Shown: positions 37,659 through 48,101 of the stretch, one piece after another | Numbering within the stretch: the stretch's first letter is position 1 | How the letters are laid out: each line of letters opens with the position of its first letter | NCBI GenBank assembly: GCA_045535075.1 | Contig: JAZSKX010000018.1 | Coordinates: forward strand, 128,001-192,000 | Direction of reading: 5' to 3' | Length of the DNA stretch: 64,000 nucleotides | From: Candidatus Spyradenecus sp. | Lineage (GTDB): Bacteria; Verrucomicrobiota; Verrucomicrobiia; Opitutales; UBA953 | Position numbers and translations under genes: made by a program | The notes under the pieces: model-generated | Seen by the model: only the letters and a program-made list of their open reading frames with translations | Databases searched by the model: none | Told to the model about the DNA's origin: nothing

Positions 37659-38447
37659 TTAGCTTCGTAGCGAAAAACGCCGGATACATTCCTTCGCGAG
37701 AGCATCGTAGGCGAGCGCTCCCGCGCCGTTCGGATCGTAGTCAAAAATGCTTTTCCCGTAACTGGGCGCTTCGCCGAGGCGAATGGAACGCGGGATTTTG
37801 GCTTTAAAAACAAGTTGCGGGAACGTCTTCGAGATGTCTTCGACAATCGTTCTGGAAAGATTTGTGCGCACATCGAACATTGTCATCAAAATCCCGCCGA
37901 TGGAAAGTTCCGGATTGTTTCCGGACTCGCGGATGCGCTCGACGGTTTCCAGAATCTGACTCAAACCTTCCATTGCAAGATATTCGCATTGCAACGTGAT
38001 GACGAGATGGTTCGCGGCGACGAGACTGTTCATCGAAAGCATTCCGAGCGACGGCGGGCAGTCGATGATGATCGCAGCATATTTGCCGGATGATTTAATC
38101 GGCTCAAGCACGTTGCGTAAGCACCCCAGATAATTTTCCTGCTGGAGCTGGAGCAATTCCGATTCGATTGCGGCGATATCGGCTTCGGACGGAATAATGT
38201 CCAAATTCTTCGTTCCCGTGGGAATAATTTTTTCCTGCGCGGTTGCTTCCCCGAAAAACGCATTGTAAAGGCTTCCTCCTACTTTTTTCTCAAGCCCCAA
38301 CGCGCTTGTCGCGTTTGCTTGAGAGTCCAAATCCACAAGCAAAGTGGGGATTCCGCGGCGCGCAAGCCCGCAAGCGAGGTTAACGGCAGTTGTCGTTTTT
38401 CCGACTCCGCCTTTTTGGTTAGCGATGGAGAAAATTTTAGTGGACAT
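37659..38447 (-). CDS. parA: ParA/Soj family ATPase
   Basis: NQKGGVGKTTT, DLDSQAN, IDCPPSLG, QCEYLAMEG, IPRSIRLGEAPSYG. Confidence 0.92.
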   Translation of the reverse strand: MSTKIFSIANQKGGVGKTTTAVNLACGLARRGIPTLLVDLDSQANATSALGLEKKVGGSLYNAFFGEATAQEKIIPTGTKNLDIIPSEADIAAIESELLQLQQENYLGCLRNVLEPIKSSGKYAAIIIDCPPSLGMLSMNSLVAANHLVITLQCEYLAMEGLSQILETVERIRESGNNPELSIGGILMTMFDVRTNLSRTIVEDISKTFPQLVFKAKIPRSIRLGEAPSYGKSIFDYDPNGAGALAYDALAKECIRRFSLRS

Positions 38448-38581
38448 GGATTATACAAACAATGTCTCAAAGCGCTTAAAGATTAAAGCTCAAAGATTGA
38501 AATTTTGGGCGGGAAAACGGTTTTCGGGAAACGGGAATTTCGGCGCTTGCGTTCCCGCGGCTTTTGTCAGAAATTTTCGGC

Positions 38582-39280
38582 ATGAAAACTGAACTCATTC
38601 TAGCCGTCGACCTCGAAGACAAAGAAGTCGCCAAGCAATTCCTCGCTCCGCTCACCGGGAAACTATCATGGGTCAAACTCGGGCTTCAGCTTTTTACGAA
38701 ATACGGACCGTCGATTGTCAATGAATTTGCCGATTTGGGTTTTAAGGTTTTTCTCGATCTGAAATTGCACGATATTCCGAACACCGTCGCCAGCGCGATT
38801 AAAAGCCTGCGCGGGCGCCCCTGCGACCTGCTTACGATTCACACGCTCGGCGGGAACGCAATGATGACACGCGCCGTCGAAACCGCCGCCGAAGCGCTCC
38901 CGCAAACACGTTTGCTCGGCGTAACCGTACTCACGTCGATGGACGAAACACAACTCGGCGGGATCGGCATTGCACGCTCGCCGATGGAACAGGTCGAAAC
39001 CCTCGCCAAGCTCGCCGTCGCCTCCGGAATGAAAGGACTCGTCTGCTCGCCGCTCGAACTGCCGCGCCTGCGAACTTTTCTGGGCGAAGAAATCGCGTTG
39101 GTCACGCCGGGAATTCGTCCGGCAACAGCAAGCCTAGACGACCAAAGCCGCATCATGACACCGGCGGATGCCGCGCGCGCGGGAGCGAGCTACATCGTCG
39201 TCGGGCGCCCCATTTTAAAAGCCGCCAATCCCGCAGATGCCGCCATCGCAATCGAAGCGGAACTGCGCAAAATCAACTAG
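38582..39280 (+). CDS. pyrF: Orotidine-5'-phosphate decarboxylase
   Basis: FLDLKLHDIPNT, VTVLTS, VTPGIR, IVVGRPI. Confidence 0.96.
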   Translation: MKTELILAVDLEDKEVAKQFLAPLTGKLSWVKLGLQLFTKYGPSIVNEFADLGFKVFLDLKLHDIPNTVASAIKSLRGRPCDLLTIHTLGGNAMMTRAVETAAEALPQTRLLGVTVLTSMDETQLGGIGIARSPMEQVETLAKLAVASGMKGLVCSPLELPRLRTFLGEEIALVTPGIRPATASLDDQSRIMTPADAARAGASYIVVGRPILKAANPADAAIAIEAELRKIN

Positions 39281-39311
39281 CTTTCCCGCGAAATTTTTCG
39301 CCGCCACCAAA

Positions 39312-40625
39312 ATGTTTTCAAGCAGCACACGCTCCGACCGCCAGTTAAAACCGACCGACTTGCGCGGCATCCTCAAATATGTTCCGATGTTTCGCGACCA
39401 CACTTTTGTCATCGCAATTGACGGGAGCATCGTCGAACACGAAAATTTCCAAAATCTGATTTTGGACATTGCGGTTTTGCGCAGCCTGAACATTAACGTC
39501 GTCATCGTCCACGGGATCGGCAAACAACTCCGCGACATGGCAAAAGCGCAACGCAAAACCATCAGCGATGTTTACGGCGAAGGCATAACCGACGAAACCA
39601 CGATGACTCTCGCGCGGGAAGCCGTCGGACTCGTTTCTCAATCCATCATCGAGGGGCTGACGCACGCCAACCTCAAATGCGCCATCACGAACGCCGTCCG
39701 CGCAACGCAAGTCGGCATTCTCGACGGCATCGATCAGGAACTTACAGGTAAAGTCGAAAAAATCGACTCGTCATTGATAAAAAGCCTCCTCGCCCAAGGT
39801 ATTATTCCGCTCGTTACGCCGATTCTTTGCGACCGCGACGGCGTTTCCTTACGTGCAAACAGCGATTCGGTCGCCGCAGATCTGGCTGTCGCGCTCGGCG
39901 CTTCCAAAATTATTTACCTGACGCCCTTCCCCGGGCTGGTCATCGACGGTGATTTGAAGGTAAATCTCAACCTTCAGGACCTTGTTTCCGAGTTGAAAAA
40001 GAAGTCCGTTTCCATTGAAGAGCGTCTTCGCGGAAAAGCGCTTTTTGCAATTCGCGCGCTCGAAAACGGCACACAACGTGCGCACATTCTTGACGGACGC
40101 ACCAACGGCGGCTTGCTTGCCGAAATCTTCGATAAAGTCGGAACAGGCTCCATGATTCACGCTAACGATTACGACTCAATTCGCCCGGCAAAGAAGAAAG
40201 ACGCTCCCGCGATTTACGCGATAACGAAAAATGCGGTTCAGAAAAAAAGCCTTGTCCAACGCACGCACGCTCACATCGAAGCGCATACCGAAGATTACTT
40301 CGTCTATGAAATCGACGGGAGCATCATCGGCTGTGCCTGCCTACGGAAGTTTGAAGACGCGCCTGACACGCTTGAAGTTTGCAGCGTTTACGTTCAGCCG
40401 TTTTATCAAAACCGCGGAGTCGGGAAAAAACTTATCGCCTACGCGGAATTTGTTGCGCGGGAACGCAACGCAAAATCGCTGATTACATTTACAACCCAGA
40501 CTTACGGATTTTTCAAAAGCGTCTGCGGATTTGCCGATGCCGCCCCGGAAGACCTTCCGCCTTCCCGCCTGAAGGAAACACACGCAAACGGAAGAAATTC
40601 CAAAGCTCTGATAAAAAGTTTCTAA
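39312..40625 (+). CDS. argA: Amino-acid N-acetyltransferase (AAK plus GNAT domains)
   Basis: TFVIAIDG, VIVHG, RAHILDG AAK domain; C-terminal GNAT QNRGVGKKL and RNSK. Confidence 0.9.
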   Translation: MFSSSTRSDRQLKPTDLRGILKYVPMFRDHTFVIAIDGSIVEHENFQNLILDIAVLRSLNINVVIVHGIGKQLRDMAKAQRKTISDVYGEGITDETTMTLAREAVGLVSQSIIEGLTHANLKCAITNAVRATQVGILDGIDQELTGKVEKIDSSLIKSLLAQGIIPLVTPILCDRDGVSLRANSDSVAADLAVALGASKIIYLTPFPGLVIDGDLKVNLNLQDLVSELKKKSVSIEERLRGKALFAIRALENGTQRAHILDGRTNGGLLAEIFDKVGTGSMIHANDYDSIRPAKKKDAPAIYAITKNAVQKKSLVQRTHAHIEAHTEDYFVYEIDGSIIGCACLRKFEDAPDTLEVCSVYVQPFYQNRGVGKKLIAYAEFVARERNAKSLITFTTQTYGFFKSVCGFADAAPEDLPPSRLKETHANGRNSKALIKSF

Positions 40626-40647
40626 AAAAGCACGCTCCGGTGAAAAT

Positions 40648-40683
40648 AAAAAACTCCGCCCCGAAAAGAGGCGGAGTTTTTTT
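40648..40683. terminator. Bidirectional terminator
   Basis: aaaaaactccgcc...ggcggagtttttt between argA and rpmG. Confidence 0.8.
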
Positions 40684-40704
40684 ACGAAATTAATTACAGG
40701 GAGA

Positions 40705-40875
40705 TTAACCTTTAATTTCTTTGTGAAGCGTGCGACGGCGGAGGCTCGGGTTGTACTTCATTTTTTCGACTTTTGCCTGCATCGTCTTTTTGTTGCGCGT
40801 AGTCATGTAGCGCGAAGGATTCTTGCCTTCTTTGCGAGCTTCAGTGCATTCGATAATAACGGTTTCTCGTGGCAT
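40705..40875 (-). CDS. rpmG: 50S ribosomal protein L33 (not in ORF track)
   Basis: Translated by hand: [56 protein letters not shown]. Confidence 0.93.
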   Translation of the reverse strand: MPRETVIIECTEARKEGKNPSRYMTTRNKKTMQAKVEKMKYNPSLRRRTLHKEIKG

Positions 40876-40989
40876 GATGTTATGTTTCCTAAAAAGTTTT
40901 TAAATGAGTTTTTGATAATGGATTTTTAAGGCGTAAGGCGCAAGCGTAAATTTCAAAGGAGCGAAATCCCGGCGTTCCCGCCGCCCGAT

Positions 40990-41772
40990 TTACATCTTAA
41001 ATCCTTCGCCGAGATAGAATTTTCTCGCATCTTCGTCGTTGAGAATGACATCCGACGCGCCTTCAATCAAAACGGTTCCCCGGTGGATCAGGTAAGCGCG
41101 ATCAACAATCGAAAGCGTTTCCCGCACGTTATGGTCGGTAATCAAAACGCCGATTCCCTTATTCTTAAGGTCGATGACAATTTTCTGAACTTCGGCAACG
41201 GAGATCGGGTCAACACCGCTAAACGGTTCGTCCAAAAGCATAAATCGCGGCTTCGTTGCAAGCGCTCGGGCAATTTCCAAACGACGGCGTTCTCCGCCGG
41301 AAAGCGTGTAAGCCGGCTGTTTTGCCAAACGCATCAAGCCGAGATCTTCAAGTTGGGCTTCGCAATAAGCTTTGCGTTCCCGTGCCGGCATACGCATGGT
41401 TTCGACAACGCCCATGACATTATCCCAAACGGAGAGTTTTCGGAAAATGGACGCATCCTGCGGAAGATAACCCAAGCCGCAACGCGCGCGTTGCCACATC
41501 GGCATCGCCGTGATGTCGTGCCCGTCGAGAAGTACCTTCCCGCGTGTTGCCGGAACCAAGCCGACAACCATGTAAAACGTCGTCGTCTTTCCTGCTCCGT
41601 TCGGACCGAGCAAACCGACAACTTCGCCGGATTTCAGACTGAGGCTGACATCGTGCACCACTTCCCGCTTTCCGTAAACTTTCGCCAAACCGCGTGTTTC
41701 GATAATGCCGGCCGGCGGAGCCGCAACGGTTTTGGGAGACGGGGTAATTTCTTCTTCGGTCGCGCTTGTCAT
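40990..41772 (-). CDS. lptB: LPS export ABC transporter ATP-binding protein
   Basis: GPNGAGKTTTFYM, LSGGERRRLEIARAL, LLDEPFSGVDP, ITDHNVRETL, YLGEGF. Confidence 0.95.
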   Translation of the reverse strand: MTSATEEEITPSPKTVAAPPAGIIETRGLAKVYGKREVVHDVSLSLKSGEVVGLLGPNGAGKTTTFYMVVGLVPATRGKVLLDGHDITAMPMWQRARCGLGYLPQDASIFRKLSVWDNVMGVVETMRMPARERKAYCEAQLEDLGLMRLAKQPAYTLSGGERRRLEIARALATKPRFMLLDEPFSGVDPISVAEVQKIVIDLKNKGIGVLITDHNVRETLSIVDRAYLIHRGTVLIEGASDVILNDEDARKFYLGEGFKM

Positions 41773-41846
41773 AGTGTTTTCATTTAATTTACCGCGCTTG
41801 CAGGCGGCGGGCAAGTTCTTTGACACGAGCCGAACGATTTCCCGAG

Positions 41847-42794
41847 CTAAGCCAATTTTCGCCGCGGATGCGTGCGTCGGTGCTCATCGGCAAGGCGCGT
41901 TTTTTCGACAGCCGTATAAATCTGCGTTGTACTGATGTCTGCATGCCCGAGCATTTCCTGAATCGAACGCAAATCGGCACCGTTTGCGAGCAAATGCGTA
42001 GCGAAAGCATGCCGCAATTGATGCGGATGAATTTTTCGCTTAATTCCGGCACGCTCGACTTCTTTTTGAAGGATAACCCAGAGCGTCTTGCGCGAAATCG
42101 CCTTGCCCCACTGGCTGATAAAAAGCGCGCTTCCGGTTTTCGGCTTTACAAGCAAAGGGCGCCCGGCGTCCGATAAATAATTTTTCAACGCATGAATTGC
42201 CCGCTCTCCGACGGGAACGATGCGTTCTTTACTTCCCTTCCCGCGCACGCGTACCAAGCCTTCATCGAAGTTTACGGATTGAATTTCTATCGAACAAAGC
42301 TCCGATGCACGCAAGCCGCTCCCGTAAGCGAGTTCGAGCATCGCACGATTTCGAAGGCTTTGAGCAGAATTTCCGACGGGAAGCTCCAAAATTTTCGTCA
42401 CTTCTTCGAGCGAAAGCGAATCCGGCAATTTCTGGACAACTTTCGGGCGCGCAACGATTTCGCAAAAATCATCAGGGCGCGTTCCCGTCGCGACAAGTTT
42501 TTTAGAAAAAACGCGTAGGGCCGTAAGCTTACGGGCAACGCTTTTCGCGGCAATTCCGGCATCGTCAAGCACACGCAACCACGCGGAAACATCATTCGCT
42601 TCAATCGTCCGCCAATCCTTCGCCCTGCGTTCCCGCCGAATAAAATCAGCAAACTGCGTCAAATCTTTACGATACGCGACCAAGGTATTTTTTGACAAGC
42701 CCCGCTCCAAATCAAGAAATGCCAAAAAATCCTCAAGTTCATCGCTCATGCTCGCGGGAACGATAAAATTCGGCTCGGACTTACACTTCGTCAT
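41847..42794 (-). CDS. xerD: Tyrosine recombinase, XerD-like
   Basis: ERGLSKNT, YGSGLRASEL, GKGSKER, HPHQLRHAFATHLL, LGHADISTTQIY. Confidence 0.85.
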   Translation of the reverse strand: MTKCKSEPNFIVPASMSDELEDFLAFLDLERGLSKNTLVAYRKDLTQFADFIRRERRAKDWRTIEANDVSAWLRVLDDAGIAAKSVARKLTALRVFSKKLVATGTRPDDFCEIVARPKVVQKLPDSLSLEEVTKILELPVGNSAQSLRNRAMLELAYGSGLRASELCSIEIQSVNFDEGLVRVRGKGSKERIVPVGERAIHALKNYLSDAGRPLLVKPKTGSALFISQWGKAISRKTLWVILQKEVERAGIKRKIHPHQLRHAFATHLLANGADLRSIQEMLGHADISTTQIYTAVEKTRLADEHRRTHPRRKLA

Positions 42795-42862
42795 TATTTC
42801 GCTTTCGCCATAAAATGAATTCGCCTGCGGGAGAAACAGCCGCAGGCGAATCGACGGATTTT

Positions 42863-44212
42863 TTATCGGGCGCGGTAATAACCTGCGCTGTCGGAGAGCC
42901 ACCAACAATCAAACGGATTTGTCAAAACCGGTAATTCCGCGTAGCGCTTTCCCGTAGCATCGACTTTTTCGACCAACGAGCGCGGCGGCATCGGCGGCAT
43001 CATGGGCAGTCCTCCTGCCGGAGTCTCATCCGACGCGAGAGAGACCGTCGCCGTTTCGTCAACGCGTTCGACAAGGTAGTCAATCCAGCGACTTTTTACG
43101 GCTTCCGTACCGAAAAGCTGCCAATCGCCTTCGGAATTATTCGCGTACATCTGTTTCGTAAATTCCTCGATCGAAATGCCCAATTTTTCGGCAACCGGTC
43201 CAATGAACATCTTATAAACCTGCTCGGCATTTTCCATGCCTTCCCGCAAAACGGTCAGATTTGCGCGACGAAATGCAGTTGAAATCTGGTGGTGAAGCAC
43301 CTTTGTATTCTCAAAGCAGTAGGAACGTTCCGCAGTTGTTGCAATAACTGCCGCCATGCTTGCCGCCATGCCTTTGACGACGACATAAACCGGAGCGCGG
43401 GAGCTCTGCATTGCTTTCTGAATTTGATATCCGGCAAGCACGGAGCCGCCCGGCGAGTTATCAATTACGATGAAAATCGGGTATTCCGTATTCCGGTTAT
43501 TGTAAAAATTAATCTGATCGCAAACCCAAGATGCCAATTCGGGCGTTACCGGACCGTTGAAATCGATGCGGCGATCGGAAATATGGAGCGTCCCGTCCAC
43601 GAGCGGTTCTTTCAGATACTTCGGCTGTGCGAGCGCCACTTTGGAAAGTTCCTGCTTTTTTGCGAGCAATGCTTTCGGCGCTGAAAATTCTGCATTCAAT
43701 GCCGCAAGATCCATTTGAAGTTCACGGGAAACCGCTTCGAGTTCCGTAACTTTCAGTTGTTTTTCCCGCAATTTCGCGTTCCCGCGTCCGTTTGCCAAAG
43801 CAAGTTTCCGCTCCAGCGTCGCCCGTTCGCCGTCGATTTCCGCCAATTTTGCAGTCAGCATCGTTGCGCGCTGAGCGTTTGCGGCATCCAGGCGCACCTT
43901 TTCCAATTGCTTCGGAAGCATTTCGCGATCACGTTTCGCCGCAGCAAGAGCAAGTTCCGCTTCGATTCTGGCGCGTTCGGCGGTAATTTTCTCAGTCGCT
44001 TCGCCAAGCGCCTTGAGTTCGTCTTCCAAAATTTGAACCGGTGTTTTTTTGGGGGCGGAAGGCGCTACAAATTCTGCGGGAACAGCGGCTGCCGATGATT
44101 GCGAATTCACAACATCCGTTGCCGTGTCTTCCCGTACGACAGTATTTCCGACGAGCAAAGCAGCGGCGGAAAAGCAGGCGGCGACCAACAAATTACGTTT
44201 CGTAAAAATCAT
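42863..44212 (-). CDS. Exported coiled-coil plus ClpP (peptidase S14) domain protein, paralog 2
   Basis: N-terminal hydrophobic signal, long coiled coil, IDNSPGGSVLAG, GMAASMAA (Ser), LHHQ (His), GDW (Asp). Confidence 0.85.
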   Translation of the reverse strand: MIFTKRNLLVAACFSAAALLVGNTVVREDTATDVVNSQSSAAAVPAEFVAPSAPKKTPVQILEDELKALGEATEKITAERARIEAELALAAAKRDREMLPKQLEKVRLDAANAQRATMLTAKLAEIDGERATLERKLALANGRGNAKLREKQLKVTELEAVSRELQMDLAALNAEFSAPKALLAKKQELSKVALAQPKYLKEPLVDGTLHISDRRIDFNGPVTPELASWVCDQINFYNNRNTEYPIFIVIDNSPGGSVLAGYQIQKAMQSSRAPVYVVVKGMAASMAAVIATTAERSYCFENTKVLHHQISTAFRRANLTVLREGMENAEQVYKMFIGPVAEKLGISIEEFTKQMYANNSEGDWQLFGTEAVKSRWIDYLVERVDETATVSLASDETPAGGLPMMPPMPPRSLVEKVDATGKRYAELPVLTNPFDCWWLSDSAGYYRAR

Positions 44213-44235
44213 TTTAAAAACCTTTCATCGTAAAA

Positions 44236-45633
44236 TTAACGGGCAAAGCGATAACGATTCTTAGGATCGTAAATCAACCATGCATCTCCGGGCGCGAGCG
44301 GCGGCAACTCAACAAACGTGTTCCCGCGTTCATCCGTCTTTTCTTCTCCGAGCGGAATAACAATAATCTTCGGTGCCGGCGTCGGTTTTTGCGGCTTCTT
44401 AACAACGGAAGTTTCAACAATGCGATCGGCAATATTGTTGACCCAGCGCATTTTCACGGCATCGGTTCCCCAGGCTGCCCAATCGCCGGTCGAAACGTTT
44501 TCGTACATTTCCTTAACGAATTCCTCTTCCGTTTTACCGATTTTTTTGCAGACCGGAGCGAACAAACGGGAAATCCATTCCCTGATTGTTTTGTACTGTT
44601 CCGACATCACGGTCATATTTCCTTCAACGCCGGAAGATGCCTGGTGGTGCAAAATAATCGTGTTTTCGTAGCAGTAAGAATGCGGAGCAAGCGTCGTAAT
44701 AATCGCCGCCATACTTGCCGCCATGCCTTTAACGACAACGTGAACCGGAGCCTTGCTGCTTTCGATTGCCTTCAAAATCTGATATCCGGCAAACGCGGAG
44801 CCGCCCGGCGAATCGTCAATCACGATAAAAATCGGATATTCCGAACTCTGATTGTTGTAAAAATAAAGGCGCTCGGAAACATACTCGGCAAGTTCTCCCG
44901 TCACCGGACCGTTAAAATCGATACGGCGATCGGAAATGTAGAGCGTCCCGTCCACGAAGGGTTCTTTCAGGTAATCCGACCCGGTTTCGACGAAATCACG
45001 GCTTCCCTGTTCGAGACGGGAACGCGTTAGATCCAAATTGCATTTCCCGAGCGCGATTTCCTGTTCCAAACGCGTAATACGGGCATCCAAATCGCGTTCC
45101 CGCAAACGCAAATTGCGTTCAACCGCCGCAAAATTATCGCGAACCGAGTCGCGCGCCGCAACGGCGTCAAGCGTGCGCTTGGCTTCGTCGATTTCGGCAA
45201 ATTCCGCCGCCAACTTCGCCTGACGAAGAGCGTTTTCGACTTCGAGTCGCGCACGCGCATCGTTCGCGGGAGCCAGTTCCCGACGAAGCTTGGCTTGTTC
45301 AAGTCCGATTTCCGCGTCGATTTTTGCTTTTTGCATTTGCAACTTACGGACGCTGAGCTGCTCCAATTTTTTCTGCTCCATCTCGGCTTTCTTGGCCTCC
45401 GCCTCTGCCTTGCGTTTTGCCTCGGCTTCGGCTTTTTTTGCTGCTTCCTCCGCTTCTTTTGCCGCAATTTCCGGCGACTTAACCGCCTCCTGCTTTGCCT
45501 CCGCGACCGTCGCTTCGGCAGAAATATTTTCCGCAGATTTTTGAACTTTCGACGCTTGTTCCGAATCAGCCCAAACGGCGGTAAACGGCATCAACGCCGC
45601 CGCCAACCAAAAACACAGATTTTGTTTCTTCAT
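44236..45633 (-). CDS. Exported coiled-coil plus ClpP (peptidase S14) domain protein, paralog 1
   Basis: Signal peptide MKKQNLCFWLAAALMPFTAVWA; A/E/K-rich coiled coil; IDDSPGGSAFAG, GMAASMAA, LHHQ, GDW. Confidence 0.85.
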   Translation of the reverse strand: MKKQNLCFWLAAALMPFTAVWADSEQASKVQKSAENISAEATVAEAKQEAVKSPEIAAKEAEEAAKKAEAEAKRKAEAEAKKAEMEQKKLEQLSVRKLQMQKAKIDAEIGLEQAKLRRELAPANDARARLEVENALRQAKLAAEFAEIDEAKRTLDAVAARDSVRDNFAAVERNLRLRERDLDARITRLEQEIALGKCNLDLTRSRLEQGSRDFVETGSDYLKEPFVDGTLYISDRRIDFNGPVTGELAEYVSERLYFYNNQSSEYPIFIVIDDSPGGSAFAGYQILKAIESSKAPVHVVVKGMAASMAAIITTLAPHSYCYENTIILHHQASSGVEGNMTVMSEQYKTIREWISRLFAPVCKKIGKTEEEFVKEMYENVSTGDWAAWGTDAVKMRWVNNIADRIVETSVVKKPQKPTPAPKIIVIPLGEEKTDERGNTFVELPPLAPGDAWLIYDPKNRYRFAR

Positions 45634-45725
45634 AAAAAGGGAATAATGCAATTGAGTGCACCATTACATGCTTCACGGAAAAACTCTGCGAGCTTTTTTT
45701 GAATTCACCGAACAAAGAATCGAAA

Positions 45726-46661
45726 TCAGGCTCCGATTCCGGTATAAATCATCAATACGGTATTCAAATTGAAAAGCCCATGCAAAATCACGGGAACGGC
45801 GAGTTTTCCCGTGTATTCATAAGCATAACAAAGCACACAGCTTAAAACCGCCAACGGGAAAATCCCCGCAAGCGAATCGTGCAAAATTGCGAAGCAAAAC
45901 CCCGTAAGTATCGCCGCGGGAACGCCGGGCATCTTATTCCTTAAAAGACGATAAATTCCCGCACGAAACAAAATTTCTTCAACAATCGGCGTAAAAACAA
46001 CAAGCGTCGGAATAACAATCCACAAAATCCACGGATGCTCCAACGACTGCAGATTATCGATTAAAATTTGATTTTGAGCCCACGCCTCCTTCAGAGACGG
46101 GAACAAAAGCGGAACGCATTGCGAAAGCAAGCCGGCAACAAAAACGCTCAAAAACAAAAGCCCGAAAAACTGCCAAACATTCCCGCGGGAAAACAGAGAG
46201 ATCCGCGACAGCATCGACTTTGCCCCCGACGCATTCCACGCTTTCGCGATACTTAGCGGCTTTTGAAAGACACAAAGCGCCAAAAGAAAAATCAACGCAA
46301 TCGGCTGATAGAAACCAACGGCATAAACCGGATTTCTCGCTAAGTCTATCTCCGGAAACACCGCACCCGCGATTCTGAATCCGAAAATCGGACAAACAAG
46401 CAAAATGAATAAAAATGCTCCCGCAAAACAAAGAATTTCGCCCTTGCCTGCCCGCCAAGGCTCAAGCGTTCCCGCCGGAAATTTTTCCGCACGACGGATT
46501 CTCAAGATTTCGGAAACGAGAAAATGAAGCCCGAAAAACAGAAACGCCAAATCGACCGCGCCCAGCAAAACAGCAAACGGCGAATACGGAAAAGCGTTCG
46601 CAAGCCCGAACATCGTGCAAATGATTTTTTCTTCTGCCATCTTGAAAAACGAATGTTTCAT
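45726..46661 (-). CDS. CPBP (CAAX/Abi) family intramembrane metalloprotease
   Basis: PIVEEILFR, FAILH, HGLFN motifs; multiple TM segments. Confidence 0.88.
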   Translation of the reverse strand: MKHSFFKMAEEKIICTMFGLANAFPYSPFAVLLGAVDLAFLFFGLHFLVSEILRIRRAEKFPAGTLEPWRAGKGEILCFAGAFLFILLVCPIFGFRIAGAVFPEIDLARNPVYAVGFYQPIALIFLLALCVFQKPLSIAKAWNASGAKSMLSRISLFSRGNVWQFFGLLFLSVFVAGLLSQCVPLLFPSLKEAWAQNQILIDNLQSLEHPWILWIVIPTLVVFTPIVEEILFRAGIYRLLRNKMPGVPAAILTGFCFAILHDSLAGIFPLAVLSCVLCYAYEYTGKLAVPVILHGLFNLNTVLMIYTGIGA

Positions 46662-46799
46662 TTATCGCCGAAAAACTCGCGAAACGCAACACCGCGTCAT
46701 CCCATCATTTCTGTACACTTTTAAATGAGGTATCACGCGATCGCGGGAACGCGTTGCGGCATTCGTGTTCCCGTGTGTATTCTGATTTTAAATACACAC

Positions 46800-46834
46800 A
46801 AAAAAGGGAGCGACTTTCCGGTGTCGCTCCCTTT
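46800..46834 (-). terminator. Terminator after leuB
   Basis: aaaaaagggagcgac...gtcgctcccttt. Confidence 0.75.
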
Positions 46835-46847
46835 CTTAAATAAAAAA

Positions 46848-47948
46848 TTAGATTTTTTCCAGAATTGCCGCCGCCATGGCTTTGGTGCCGACGGCGTTCC
46901 CGCCGAAAGCAATGTCCGCCGTGCGCGTTCCCGCGTCGATTGTCGCACGCACCGCCGCTTCGATTTCTGCGGCAACGTCGCGCAAGCCGAAGCTGTGGCG
47001 CAACATGAGCGCGGCGGAAAGAATCTGCGCGCAGGGATTCGCCTTGTCCTGCCCGGCGATGTCGGGCGCGCTCCCGCCGGACGGCTCGTAAAGCCCGAAC
47101 GGAAAGCCGTAGCGGTTTTTCTGTGCGCCGAGCGATGCGGAAGAAAGCATACCGAGCGAACCGCAGACGACCGCCATTTCGTCGGACAAAATATCGCCGA
47201 ACATATTTTCCGTCAGCAAAACATCGAACTGCCCGGGGTTGGCGACGAGTTGCATCGCGGCGTTATCGACGAGCAGGTGCGTCAGCGTAACGTCGGGCGC
47301 AAGCGCGGCGACGCGTTCCGTGACGATTTTATTCCACAAAACGGAAGTTTCGAGCACGTTGGATTTATCGACGAGGCAAATCGTTTTGCGTTCCCGCCCG
47401 CGCGCCGTGGCGATGGCGACGTCGGTGATGCGTTCGATTTCGCTCGTGCGGTAACGCATAGTGTCGACGGCTTCGAGCTCGCCGTTCGGGAGCGTCGTCG
47501 TTTGCTTGGGTTGCCCGAAATAAATTCCGCCGGTGAGTTCGCGAATGCAAACCATGTCAATGCCGTTCGGGATGCGCGCGGGAGCGATCGGTGAAGATTG
47601 CATGAGCGCGGGAAGCAGCAAGCCGGGGCGCACGTTTGCGAAAAGCTCGAAATTTTTGCGAAGCGGCAAAAGCGCGCCGCGTTCGGGCTGTTCGTTGCGA
47701 GGAACGTCTTTCCATTTCGGTCCGCCGACGGAGCCGAACAAAATCGCGTCCGCCGCGCGGCACGCCGCGAGCGTTTCGTCGGGAAGCGCTTTCCCGCAAG
47801 CGTCAATGCCGGCACCGCCGACGGGATGAACGGAATATTCGAGCGTATGTCCGTGTTTTTTGAGTGCCTTTTCGAGAATAGGCAACGTGGCTTCCATGAC
47901 TTCCGGTCCGATGTAGTCGCCCGGCAAAACGGCAATTTTCAAATTCAT
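46848..47948 (-). CDS. leuB: 3-isopropylmalate dehydrogenase
   Basis: LPGDYIGPEV, GSVGGPKW, RELTGGIYFG, NMFGDILSDE, EPSGGSAPDIAG. Confidence 0.96.
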   Translation of the reverse strand: MNLKIAVLPGDYIGPEVMEATLPILEKALKKHGHTLEYSVHPVGGAGIDACGKALPDETLAACRAADAILFGSVGGPKWKDVPRNEQPERGALLPLRKNFELFANVRPGLLLPALMQSSPIAPARIPNGIDMVCIRELTGGIYFGQPKQTTTLPNGELEAVDTMRYRTSEIERITDVAIATARGRERKTICLVDKSNVLETSVLWNKIVTERVAALAPDVTLTHLLVDNAAMQLVANPGQFDVLLTENMFGDILSDEMAVVCGSLGMLSSASLGAQKNRYGFPFGLYEPSGGSAPDIAGQDKANPCAQILSAALMLRHSFGLRDVAAEIEAAVRATIDAGTRTADIAFGGNAVGTKAMAAAILEKI

Positions 47949-48101
47949 AGTGGCGGAAAAATCTACGCGCGTTCCCGCGTTCCCGCAAATTGAAAAAAGT
48001 TTCTTTTCGGGATAAAAACTTTTTTGAAACTTTTTGATTTTTTATTCGTTTTGTTTAACGTCGAAACGAAAACGACGAATTAACCACAAAAATTACATAC
48101 C

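Noticed and set aside
37659..38447. parA as a marker of a plasmid or the replication origin
   Set aside because: No parB, dnaA or recognisable parS nearby; orphan Soj-like genes are common.
41847..42794. Tyrosine recombinase as a prophage or island integrase
   Set aside because: Sequence fits housekeeping XerD and the neighbours are core genes; no att repeats, tRNA or phage genes seen.
42863..45633. ClpP-like genes as phage head-maturation proteases
   Set aside because: They have export signals, and no portal, terminase or capsid genes are nearby.
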